Below, in pieces: positions 51,537 to 59,435 of a stretch of DNA of 59,435 nt (within the stretch, counting starts at the first letter, position 1; each line of letters opens with the position of its first letter). Source of the stretch: an uncultured Gammaproteobacteria bacterium (GTDB lineage: Bacteria; Patescibacteriota; Patescibacteriia; DYHP01); NCBI GenBank assembly GCA_964525225.1, contig CAZGDX010000002.1, forward strand, positions 1 through 59,435. The letters run 5' to 3'. The translations under genes were made by a program, and so were the position numbers. The notes under the pieces were generated by a model that was given only the letters and a program-made list of their open reading frames with translations, made no database searches and was not told the origin of the DNA.

Positions 51537-53330
51537 TTATGGTATTAAAATATCCTTGCAAAATTCCGTTGACGACACCCCGTTACAGCAATACGGCTGT
51601 CCGTCTTCGCAAACGCCTCCGACAGCGCCGGGATAATAACAATTTTGATATAAATCTTTTACATTTGAACCCACTACCGGGGCATAATCAAACCTTATTT
51701 CTTCGGTGCTTGCCGCCAATGGAGCGTGCCGAATTTCCGCGCGGGTATTTACCGAACTTATATCACCTTCTGCCGGCTCTCCCGCTTCATCCAAATTCAC
51801 GCTTCTTATGACATAAGAATATTCATAAACCTGGCTGCAAAATAAACCGATATTGGAATTGTTTAATGTTGTCGCGCTCATCAATTTGCTGAAAGTAGCT
51901 TCAATCGGAACATCCAGCGCCACTTCTCCTTCTTCTATGTTCGGCGTAAATCGCGTAATTATCGGCGGGGTCAGGTCAATTGTGTTGTTTGTCTTAAAAG
52001 TCCAGGAATAATTATCATCCGGTTGACCTTCGGCTACGTTGTTCTTGTTTCCATCCAAAGAATTTGCCGACATATCAACCACGCCGTCGTATGGAAAACC
52101 GGCAGCTGTCGGCGGAGTTGAGCCAACCGTTGCCGCGCGCACGCGGACGGAGATATCTGAATTTCCCGGCAAGCAATAAACTTCGCCTCCGCAGGAATTC
52201 ATCCCGCACAAATCATTGGTCTGAAATTCCACAGTTTTATATCCGTTTCCTATGCTGAATTTTCCGGAGACAATATTTTCTCCGGCGCGAATTTCAATAT
52301 TGCGGAAACCGGAAATGCTACCGTCATCTCTGACTTCAACCGAACCGGACGAGGAAGTCGGGTCAACCGCTTCGTTAAAATTTATCTGAACCGTAATGTT
52401 TCTGGGTTCCGTATTCCCTGCCCGCGGAATTACGGATAAAATTTGCGGCGGGGTCGCGTCCAAAAATGTTCCGATTTCAAATTCCCAGCGATATCCGTCG
52501 CGGAATGAGCCCTCAAAAGCCGCGCCTCCGGATTCTTTTTGTATGTCTGCTCCGATTATCACGGTATATTTAGTATTTTCCGTCGGACTTCCCAAAACAT
52601 CCTGCGGGTCAAAAAGAAAAGTTCGGTGGTCTTCGGTAAGCCGCCCGAAAATATTTGTCATAAATATCTCATCGTCCAATTGGTCGCTCCGACCAATTTG
52701 AATATTCTCCGCGTTTATCAAGTCCTCCGCGTCGCCAAAAATTCCGTTTCCGTTCGTGTCCGCGATAATATCCGCCGGCGCGATAGCTTCTTTGAAGGTT
52801 ATAGTTATCATTGTATTTCGCGGAATATCAACGGCGTTTCTTTCCGGATAATGGTCTTGTACTATTCCGCTTCCAAGCGAGCCAGAAAAAGGATCAAACG
52901 GAGTATCTCCAGTTCCCGCGCCTCCGCCCAAACCGAACAAACGGCCGGTAAGCATATACAAAACAAACTGGGCTATGCCAAAAGAAGCCAAAATAATCGC
53001 CAGACCGATTATGGCATTTCTGATAATTTTTTGCGCTGTTTCAACTTTTTTCGGGTCGCCGGCCGCAGTCATCCAAAGATAACCGGCATAAATTATCAAT
53101 GCGACCAAAATAATACCGAGCAATCCCAAAACGATATTTATGATTCTTCCGATTGTCTGTATTAAATCCTGTTGCGGAAGCCCGGATGTTTCTCCGAGAC
53201 GCCCCAAACCAACATTATCCACCTGCGCGTAAACGATTCCGGCAAACAAAAAAACCGCCAATAAAACGCACACTGCGAATACAGCGGTTTTTAAGTTTAA
53301 AAACTTAATTTTTTTTATACCGTGAAGCAT
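51537..53330 (-). CDS. Surface protein with the same pilin-like N-terminal module plus SbsA/Big-like Ig domains
   Basis: 597 aa. N-terminus ...IVLGLLGIILVALIIYAGYLWMTAAGDPKKVETAQKIIRNAIIG... is paralogous to the giant protein. Repeated P..I....P......V......I...F.E.... Ig-like units. Confidence 0.75.
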   Translation of the reverse strand: MLHGIKKIKFLNLKTAVFAVCVLLAVFLFAGIVYAQVDNVGLGRLGETSGLPQQDLIQTIGRIINIVLGLLGIILVALIIYAGYLWMTAAGDPKKVETAQKIIRNAIIGLAIILASFGIAQFVLYMLTGRLFGLGGGAGTGDTPFDPFSGSLGSGIVQDHYPERNAVDIPRNTMITITFKEAIAPADIIADTNGNGIFGDAEDLINAENIQIGRSDQLDDEIFMTNIFGRLTEDHRTFLFDPQDVLGSPTENTKYTVIIGADIQKESGGAAFEGSFRDGYRWEFEIGTFLDATPPQILSVIPRAGNTEPRNITVQINFNEAVDPTSSSGSVEVRDDGSISGFRNIEIRAGENIVSGKFSIGNGYKTVEFQTNDLCGMNSCGGEVYCLPGNSDISVRVRAATVGSTPPTAAGFPYDGVVDMSANSLDGNKNNVAEGQPDDNYSWTFKTNNTIDLTPPIITRFTPNIEEGEVALDVPIEATFSKLMSATTLNNSNIGLFCSQVYEYSYVIRSVNLDEAGEPAEGDISSVNTRAEIRHAPLAASTEEIRFDYAPVVGSNVKDLYQNCYYPGAVGGVCEDGQPYCCNGVSSTEFCKDILIP

Positions 53331-53359
53331 GACACGATAGTTTATTTTCTTTGTAATAG

Positions 53360-53443
53360 ACTTCCACTAATTTCTGCCACTAATTCGCACTAATGAATAA
53401 ACTTTCAAATTCGTGCGTATTTGTGATACAGATTAGTGGAAGT
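53360..53443. repeat. Intergenic inverted repeat containing three CACTAAT direct repeats
   Basis: acttccactaat (53360-53371) pairs with attagtggaagt (53432-53443). ccactaat at 53364 and 53377, and gcactaat at 53387. Confidence 0.75.
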
Positions 53444-53451
53444 TTTGTTCT

Positions 53452-53901
53452 TTATTTTGTTTTACCCAATTCCTCTTGCAATACACTTCTCACCATCGCC
53501 CCATCCGCCTTTCCCTTCAATTCTTTCATTGCTTCGCCCATAACACGTCCCATTTCCCCACCCGGATTGGCGGCAACTACGCGGACAATCACAGCGCGGA
53601 TTTCTTCTTCTCCCATTTCCGGCGGAAGATATTTCTTCATTATCTCAATTTCATTTTTCGCGCTTTCCGCCAAATCCATCCGCCCGCCTTTTTCATAATC
53701 CACAATCGCGTCTTTTAACTTTTTGACTTCGGAACGGATTAAAGCTATCGTTTCTTCTTCATTTAATCCTTCGTCCTTTTTCATCAGCTCTATTGCCTTG
53801 TTCATTGTGGCAGCGCGAAGCATCCGTAGTGTTGAAACTACGGATTCATTTTTCGCTTTCAGGGCTTCTTTAAAATCAATTTCCAATTGCTCTTTTATCA
53901 T
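53452..53901 (-). CDS. GatB/YqeY domain protein
   Basis: 149 aa. ALKAKNESVVSTLRMLRAA..., AESAKNEIEIMKKYLP, GRVMGEAMKELKGKADG. Confidence 0.82.
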   Translation of the reverse strand: MIKEQLEIDFKEALKAKNESVVSTLRMLRAATMNKAIELMKKDEGLNEEETIALIRSEVKKLKDAIVDYEKGGRMDLAESAKNEIEIMKKYLPPEMGEEEIRAVIVRVVAANPGGEMGRVMGEAMKELKGKADGAMVRSVLQEELGKTK

Positions 53902-54161
53902 TTTATCTTGATTTTTAATTTTAATTTCCTATTGCGCAAATCTTCTTCTTTTATTTTTCCGGTTTTCAACAGATAATCTGTCTTTACGTTAATTTTCTGC
54001 CTGCGAAGAGCGCTTTCGCGAACTGCCCTTTTATTGCCTTCTTTTTTGCGAAAACGAATTTTTTTCGCTTGAAGAATTTTGCCGCTTAACATTACCTTGC
54101 GGTTAAATCTGCGGAGCAAACCTTCAAACATCTCACCTTTTTTAGATTTTACTTTTGGCAC
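53898..54161 (-). CDS. rpsU: 30S ribosomal protein S21 (with a C-terminal extension)
   Basis: 87 aa. GTG start preceded by GGAAGGTG. MPKVKSKKGEMFEGLLRRFNRKV...ILQAKKIRFRKK. Confidence 0.8.
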   Translation of the reverse strand: MPKVKSKKGEMFEGLLRRFNRKVMLSGKILQAKKIRFRKKEGNKRAVRESALRRQKINVKTDYLLKTGKIKEEDLRNRKLKLKIKIK

Positions 54162-54275
54162 AAAAATTCACCTTCCTTTCTTAATATATTTATATTATAT
54201 AATATAATAAACTACTGTGTAAAGATATCATATCCACATATATTTATCAAAGACACTTGACTGAATATATTTTTT

Positions 54276-54641
54276 ATGATAAAGTCAAATAACAACAAAA
54301 CGGGCTTAAAACAGAAAGGCAACCAGATGACCAGGGAACAAATCAGCGAATACATTAACACTTATAAGTGGAAGTGGACGCTTGCGCCTGTCTGCAATAA
54401 AGACCATGTTTTTACATGTTGGCGGCTCAAAGGATATGGCAATGGTTCGGAAATTTACCTGGTTCAGGATTTTGACGAACAAATGAATACAAAAGGCGCG
54501 CTTTCAATAACATCCGATGAGGGAAAAACGATTATTCGCCGTTTCTCTTGCAAGATGGAGGCGCAATTAATTTCTATCGCCAACCGCCTATTAAAAAACC
54601 GCAAGCGCGCGCAGGCGCGGTACGCGAAACGCGGAAAATAG
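54276..54641 (+). CDS. Hypothetical small basic protein
   Basis: 121-aa ORF. A TTGACT-17-TAAAGT promoter-like site (54257-54285) overlaps this ATG, so the true start may be ATG 54327 (MTREQISEY). Confidence 0.45.
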   Translation: MIKSNNNKTGLKQKGNQMTREQISEYINTYKWKWTLAPVCNKDHVFTCWRLKGYGNGSEIYLVQDFDEQMNTKGALSITSDEGKTIIRRFSCKMEAQLISIANRLLKNRKRAQARYAKRGK

Positions 54642-54666
54642 CGGAAAACAAAGGGCTTTTCAAAAC

Positions 54667-54698
54667 CAAAAGCTTCAGCCAAGAGCTGAAGCTTTTTT
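54667..54698. terminator. Bidirectional terminator between the 54276 gene and hisS
   Basis: aaaa-agcttcagc-caaga-gctgaagct-ttttt. Confidence 0.75.
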
Positions 54699-54699
54699 A

Positions 54700-56076
54700 T
54701 TATTCAATCATTCCCAATTTTTTTCTAAGTTCTGAAATTGTTTTCTTATAATCCACAACTTCTTGAACTCCGGTTTCCATATCGCGGATGATTATTGTTT
54801 CATCCAGAACCTCTTTTTGTCCGATAATCAGCGTAATTTTTACTTTCATTTTATTAGCGATTTCAAGCTGGCTTTTTAATGTTTCTTTGGAAAAATTAGT
54901 GGCCACCTTGAATCCTTCACGACGCAAATCCTCAAAAAGCCCAAGCGACTTTCTCTTGGCGTATTCGCCAAGACAAGCCAAAAAGATGCTTACTTTAGAA
55001 TTATCTTCAACCGGAATATTTGCTTCCTTGATTTTTGAAATAATCCGTTCCAAGCCAAGCGCGAACCCGGCAGCGGGAGTCGGGCGTCCTCCGAGCATTT
55101 CCACCAGCAAGTCGTATCTTCCGCCTCCGCCAAGCGCCGCTTGAGCGGAATTTCCGGCTTCGTTTCCTTTCAGATAAATTTCAAAAACCGTTCTGGTGTA
55201 ATAATCCAAACCGCGGACCAAACGCGGATTTAATGTGTAAGGAATATTGATTTCGTCCAGATACTCCAAAACCTTCATAAAATGGTCTTTGCACGAATCG
55301 CAAAGATAATCCACTATTTGCGGCGCTTCGGCGCGCAAAGCAACACATTGCTCTTCCTTGCAGTCCAGAAGCCGCATTGGATTTCTGTTAAGACGTTCTT
55401 TGCAGGTCTCGCAAAGCGCGCTTCTTCTCGCGCGATAAAAATTTACCAATTCCGTTTTGTATTTTTCCCTGCAACATGCGTTTGTTCCTATACTGTTCAC
55501 CTGCACTATGGTTTCCAATCCCAAACTGCTTATAATCGCATGCGCCGCAATGATAAGTTCGGCATCCACTACCGGCTTAGCTTCTCCGATAATTTCAAAA
55601 CCGCATTGATGAAACTGACGAAGTCGTCCGGATTGCGGGCGTTCGTGGCGAAACATCGGACCCCAATACCAAAGCTTTACCGGCTGAGGAAGATTAAACA
55701 TTCCATGATTTATGTAAGAACGCGCGATTGATGCCGTGGCCTCCGGACGCAAAGTAACATTTTCCCCGCCCTTATCTTCAAAAGTAAACATTTCTTTTTC
55801 AACAATATCGGTTTGTTTTCCGATAGCCGTAGTAAAAAGTTTTGTTTCTTCCAAAACAGGAGTGTCTATTTTTTCAAAACGATAGCTGCTTGCCAGTCCT
55901 TTGGCTCTGTCTTCAATGAATTGCCAATATTTTTGTTCAACCGGCAAAATATCTTTAAAACCGCGCAATAAATTTATTGACGGCTTTGCTTTTTCCGGCT
56001 GTCCGACGATTTGTCCTGTTTTAACAGGAATTTTTGCCGCCGATTTTACCGGAGATTTTTTTTTGGTCCGAAGCAT
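54700..56076 (-). CDS. hisS: Histidine--tRNA ligase
   Basis: 458 aa. LRGFKDILP, TLRPEATASIARSY, FRHERPQSGRLRQFHQ, GGGRYD. Confidence 0.93.
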   Translation of the reverse strand: MLRTKKKSPVKSAAKIPVKTGQIVGQPEKAKPSINLLRGFKDILPVEQKYWQFIEDRAKGLASSYRFEKIDTPVLEETKLFTTAIGKQTDIVEKEMFTFEDKGGENVTLRPEATASIARSYINHGMFNLPQPVKLWYWGPMFRHERPQSGRLRQFHQCGFEIIGEAKPVVDAELIIAAHAIISSLGLETIVQVNSIGTNACCREKYKTELVNFYRARRSALCETCKERLNRNPMRLLDCKEEQCVALRAEAPQIVDYLCDSCKDHFMKVLEYLDEINIPYTLNPRLVRGLDYYTRTVFEIYLKGNEAGNSAQAALGGGGRYDLLVEMLGGRPTPAAGFALGLERIISKIKEANIPVEDNSKVSIFLACLGEYAKRKSLGLFEDLRREGFKVATNFSKETLKSQLEIANKMKVKITLIIGQKEVLDETIIIRDMETGVQEVVDYKKTISELRKKLGMIE

Positions 56077-56127
56077 AAGGTTTAAAAATACAATATTATT
56101 TGAATACTATTTTATTATTTTTATATT

Positions 56128-56775
56128 TTACAACTCCAACCCGGCATAAACCGGTTTTTCAACAGACCCAACCCGTTCAAGAGGCCATCCGCGAAGCCAG
56201 ACCCTTCCGATTATCAGGTCTTTTTTAAGCGGTCCGAAAGTTCTTGAATCCAAACTCGCATTTCTATTATCCCCAAGCACGAAATATTCATCCGCGTTCA
56301 ATGTTATTTTAGTTTCGCCGAAAGTGAGGATTCCGTCATCCATGTAATTTGTTTCGTCAACATAAATTCCTTTTGGATTTTCACTGTTAAAAACCGTAAT
56401 TTTTCCATTTCCAATTGAGATTTCCTCACCCGGCAAGCCAATTACTCTTTTAATAAAATACTGGCGGGTATCAAAAGGGTATTTAAAAACAATCACTTCT
56501 CCCCTTTCCGGTTCACGCAAGCGATAATTCAATTCATCAATTATCAAGTATTCTCCATCATAAAAATTCGGCTCCATTGACGCGCCTTTTACATAAAACG
56601 GCTGGACTAAAAAATATCTTATAGGAATAATTATAGCGAGAGAAATAACAATAATCTCCGCGATTTCCCCGACAAAAACAAGAATATTTTTTAAGATGCT
56701 TGACGGCGGTTGGACTTCATTCGTCCCGGCTTCAAATTTTTGTTCTTCTGTTTTATTTTCTAAATTTGGTTCCAT
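56128..56775 (-). CDS. lepB: Signal peptidase I
   Basis: 215 aa. TM anchor, catalytic GASMEPNF, GEVIVFKYP, VLGDNRNASLDSR. Confidence 0.88.
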   Translation of the reverse strand: MEPNLENKTEEQKFEAGTNEVQPPSSILKNILVFVGEIAEIIVISLAIIIPIRYFLVQPFYVKGASMEPNFYDGEYLIIDELNYRLREPERGEVIVFKYPFDTRQYFIKRVIGLPGEEISIGNGKITVFNSENPKGIYVDETNYMDDGILTFGETKITLNADEYFVLGDNRNASLDSRTFGPLKKDLIIGRVWLRGWPLERVGSVEKPVYAGLEL

Positions 56776-56907
56776 AAATAATAAAATAACACCAATAACA
56801 CACTAATTTTATGCGAATAACACTAATTATTCGTGTGCGCGTATTCGTGTGATTATGCCATTTGTGTACATAATATCACAAATTTTCATTTTAAACAAAT
56901 GCCAATT

Positions 56908-57099
56908 TGGCGGGCGCCAGAGGAGTCAAACCCGTAACCTCCCCGCAGTACTGCGGGGCGCTCTAATTTACCCTCTCACCAATTCCATGGACGGCACAGG
57001 ATTCGAACCTGTGACCTCTGTCGTGTGAGGACAGCGCTCTAACCGGCTGAGCTAGCCGTCCGTTGGAATTGGTGGGAGGGCGAGCTGAGCTAACTGCCC
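56908..57099 (-). other. Composite tRNA-like locus: tRNA-like 5' and 3' segments joined by a 16-bp stalk that carries tRNA-Val
   Basis: 5' segment GGGCAGTTAGCTCAGCTCG (57099-57081). Stalk arms 57080-57065 and 56986-56971 pair 15/16. 3' segment TAAATTAGAGCG-CCCCGCAGTACTGCGGGG-AGGTT-ACGGGTTTGACTCCTCT-GGCGCCC-G-CCA (56970-56908). The outer fold is non-canonical. Confidence 0.45.
56988..57061 (-). tRNA. trnV: tRNA-Val (anticodon CAC)
   Basis: GGACGGC TA GCTC AGCCGGTTA GAGC G CTGTC CTCACAC GACAG AGGTC ACAGG TTCGAAT CCTGT GCCGTCC A. Confidence 0.9.
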
Positions 57100-57256
57100 G
57101 AATATCCAATCAAAAGCCGATTTAGTTTATTATATCACGGTTTTTTCCGATAATCAAGTATTTACCGCGCTACCCCTGCCAGTCGACAAACACTTCCGTT
57201 AAAATTAATGTTCAAAAAACGTATAAACACGCAAAGAAAAAATGTATGTTCAATTA

Positions 57257-57285
57257 TTGCCAAAGACGACAAAACATGCTATAAT
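57257..57285 (+). promoter_or_regulatory. Sigma70-type promoter TTGCCA-17-TATAAT with extended -10 TG
   Basis: -35 at 57257-57262, 17-nt spacer ending in tgc, -10 at 57280-57285. Lies 48 nt upstream of the LCP gene ATG. Confidence 0.65.
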
Positions 57286-57333
57286 AAAAAAGATTAGAAA
57301 AAAATTTCCAAAATATTTTTATACTAAAAACCG

Positions 57334-58761
57334 ATGGAAAATGAAATTCCAAAAATAGATTTTCTGGAAGAACAACATCAGAAGAAAAGGAGAATCAGAA
57401 AATTTTTGCGGATATCCGCAGGAATTTTTTGCGTATTCGCAATATGGCTTTTAGCATCAAATATAGCAACATACTATAAAACCCTGCCAACACAAGCCGA
57501 AGAACAAACAAAAACCCAACCCGGGCTTTTTGGAGCGACACGACATTTTTTTAAAACTTCAAACGCGGAAAACGACAATGAAACAAGAATCAATGTTTTA
57601 TTTTTGGGAATGGGCGGGGTCGGACACGAAGGTCCGTATCTGACCGACACTTTAATTCTCGGAAGTTTTGACACTAAAACCAAAAAAGCCGCGCTTCTTT
57701 CCATTCCCCGCGACCTTTCGGTTTACGTGCCGGAATACGAATGGCGGAAAATCAATCACGTAAATTCTTTCGGAGAAGAAAAAAATCCGGGTGAAGGCGG
57801 AAAATTTACCAAAGAATTTATAAGCGAACTTCTGGATATCAATATTCATTATTATGTCCGCATGGATTTTGACGGCTTTATAAAATTGATTGACGATTTG
57901 GGCGGAGTGGATGTTTACGTGGATGAATCTTTTACCGACCCGCTTTTCCCGACGGATAACTACAAATATCAAACCTTAAGTTTCAAAAAAGGATGGCAGA
58001 CAATGAACGGAGAACGCGCTCTGCAATTCTCGCGGTCGCGCCACGGCACGGGAAACGAGGGCTCTGATTTTGCGCGGAGCAGACGCCAGCAAAAAATAAT
58101 AATGGCGCTTAAAGATAAAATATTTTCTTTTAACACGCTTCTATCGCCGGGAAAAATTGCCGCCCTCTTAAATTCCGCCCGACAAAATATCCAGACCGAC
58201 TTTGAAGTATGGGAAATGATAAAATTCGCCAATTTGTTGCGCGGAGTAAAAAGCAATGAAATCGTCAGACATTCCCTGGATTCCGGAACCGGCGGTCTTT
58301 TAACCGAAAGAATATACGAAGGCGCGTATCTGCTTGAACCGCGGACGGGAAATTTTGATGAAATAAAAAATTTTGTAAAAAATATTTTTGACCCGCAACT
58401 GAAACAGGTAAATTTTCCGGGCGTAAAAATAAATATTGAAATACAAAATGGAACAAATATTCCCGGCCTCGCAAATCATATAAACGAATCAGTTATCAAA
58501 AGCGGATTTAACGTGGTAAAAATCGGAAACGCAAAAACCAGAGATTATCAGAAAACGGTAATTTATGATTTTTCTAACGGAAAATATCCAAAAGAATTAG
58601 CCGAACTAAAAGACAAACTAAACGCGAATGTTTCCATCACTATTCCGGGATATTTAATGAGCAATTTATCTCCGTCTGAAATTACTCTTGCCGAAAAAGA
58701 AAAAACCTCCGGAATAGATTTTCTGATAATTGCCGGCGCGGCGAATTATTGGAAAGATTAA
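57334..58761 (+). CDS. LytR-CpsA-Psr (LCP) family cell-envelope phosphotransferase with a LytR_C domain
   Basis: 475 aa. TM anchor, NVLFLGMGG...TDTLILGSFD...LSIPRDL, RSRH...DFARSRRQQ. Confidence 0.88.
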   Translation: MENEIPKIDFLEEQHQKKRRIRKFLRISAGIFCVFAIWLLASNIATYYKTLPTQAEEQTKTQPGLFGATRHFFKTSNAENDNETRINVLFLGMGGVGHEGPYLTDTLILGSFDTKTKKAALLSIPRDLSVYVPEYEWRKINHVNSFGEEKNPGEGGKFTKEFISELLDINIHYYVRMDFDGFIKLIDDLGGVDVYVDESFTDPLFPTDNYKYQTLSFKKGWQTMNGERALQFSRSRHGTGNEGSDFARSRRQQKIIMALKDKIFSFNTLLSPGKIAALLNSARQNIQTDFEVWEMIKFANLLRGVKSNEIVRHSLDSGTGGLLTERIYEGAYLLEPRTGNFDEIKNFVKNIFDPQLKQVNFPGVKINIEIQNGTNIPGLANHINESVIKSGFNVVKIGNAKTRDYQKTVIYDFSNGKYPKELAELKDKLNANVSITIPGYLMSNLSPSEITLAEKEKTSGIDFLIIAGAANYWKD

Positions 58762-58796
58762 ACCAGCCGGCCATTTTTCAATGCAAATTTTAAAAC

Positions 58797-58830
58797 TAAA
58801 AAAACAGCTCTGAAAAGAGCTGTTTAAAAT
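58797..58830. terminator. Bidirectional terminator between the LCP gene and the last ORF
   Basis: aaaaa-acagctct-gaaa-agagctgt-ttaaaatt. Confidence 0.65.
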
Positions 58831-59396
58831 TATTTTTCGCCGGCCACGCCGGCAATATCTTCATCCGTAAAAACTTTTACAAGCGCCGCCGCAACACTAA
58901 TTGACATTGACGCTTCTCCGCCGGAAGTGGAAAAACGGACACCTGGTTTATTTCCGTGCGAATGTCTCCAATAATTGCAATTCTCTCCTGCCAAAACAAT
59001 CATTTCCGCAATCATGCCGCCACTCACCTTGATTTGCATTTTTGAACCAGTGCGCAAAAATTGCGGAATAAAAGGATAAAAACCGCCAGTCATCTCTTTT
59101 ACAGCCACGAATGAATAAGAAATTTCAACAGCGGTTAAAATATCTTGACCACGCCGCCTTACCATTTCTGTTTGCGACAAAAAATTTCGTCCGAGATAAA
59201 CAGGATTGCTCTTAAGCGGCAAAAGCATCGCGCAAAAACGCGCCTTTTCTTCAAGAGCAAACGGAGCATTCCGAAACAAACCCGGATTTTCAAAGTTTTC
59301 TTCATTTTCCGCCAAAGAATTCAAATTAACATATGGCTTTTCTGATTTCGCGCCCAACATTTCCGGAACTACAAACACCAAACCAATTGGTGGCAA
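58830..59396 (-). CDS. Hypothetical protein
   Basis: 188-aa ORF starting at TTG 59396. An in-frame ATG at 59360 (MLGAKSEK) is an alternative start. No family recognised. Confidence 0.45.
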   Translation of the reverse strand: MPPIGLVFVVPEMLGAKSEKPYVNLNSLAENEENFENPGLFRNAPFALEEKARFCAMLLPLKSNPVYLGRNFLSQTEMVRRRGQDILTAVEISYSFVAVKEMTGGFYPFIPQFLRTGSKMQIKVSGGMIAEMIVLAGENCNYWRHSHGNKPGVRFSTSGGEASMSISVAAALVKVFTDEDIAGVAGEK

Positions 59397-59435
59397 TCCG
59401 CCACAAAAATCAGAGAGTAAATTATCAAAAATACC

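Overview
59.4-kb gene-dense, AT-rich bacterial chromosome segment, with about 85% of genes on the minus strand. Several traits suggest a reduced-genome Patescibacteria/CPR-type organism; this is inference and no search was run. Most genes lack a Shine-Dalgarno (SD) sequence. There are many small secreted or membrane hypotheticals, a 2678-aa surface protein with a VirB2/TrbC-pilin-like N-terminal membrane module, and REP/BIME-like 'gtcattccga' doublets. TGA is a normal stop codon (code 11). Recognisable housekeeping genes: rplU (fragment), a DHFR-like gene, thyA, rpmG (missing from the ORF track), tpiA, an M16 peptidase, glyQS, frr, holB, mreB, rplL, rplJ, metK, ftsZ, ftsA, dgkA, ybeY, yqeY-like, rpsU, hisS, lepB, an LCP-family gene, and a WecA-like/GT2/GT4 envelope-glycan set. 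There are five tRNAs: Trp-CCA, Thr-TGT, Tyr-GTA, Thr-GGT and Val-CAC. Seven sigma70-type promoters have exact 17-nt spacers, and there are many intrinsic terminators. Most interesting observations: (1) Three hairpin elements (CATA-CCCAGTA...TACTGGG-CATA) each sit exactly on a start codon, so an ATG lies at both feet of the hairpin. (2) tRNA-Val is nested on a 16-bp stalk inside a second, non-canonical tRNA-like gene. (3) A GC-rich, strong-SD cassette with its own promoter and terminator encodes an outer-membrane-beta-barrel-like protein and a metzincin lipoprotein. (4) A small cassette between ftsA and ftsZ holds a 38-aa polybasic peptide, a Cys-rich ORF with an in-frame TGA, and a perfect three-way-junction palindrome. 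(5) A four-gene surface locus contains the giant cysteine-repeat/IPT protein and a paralogous pilin-like N-terminal module. (6) A RAYT/IS200-like Y1 transposase is tightly bracketed by perfect palindromes. (7) REP-doublet elements bracket frr. (8) A type II R-M pair is translationally coupled to glyQS. No rRNA, CRISPR array, integrase or reverse transcriptase was seen.
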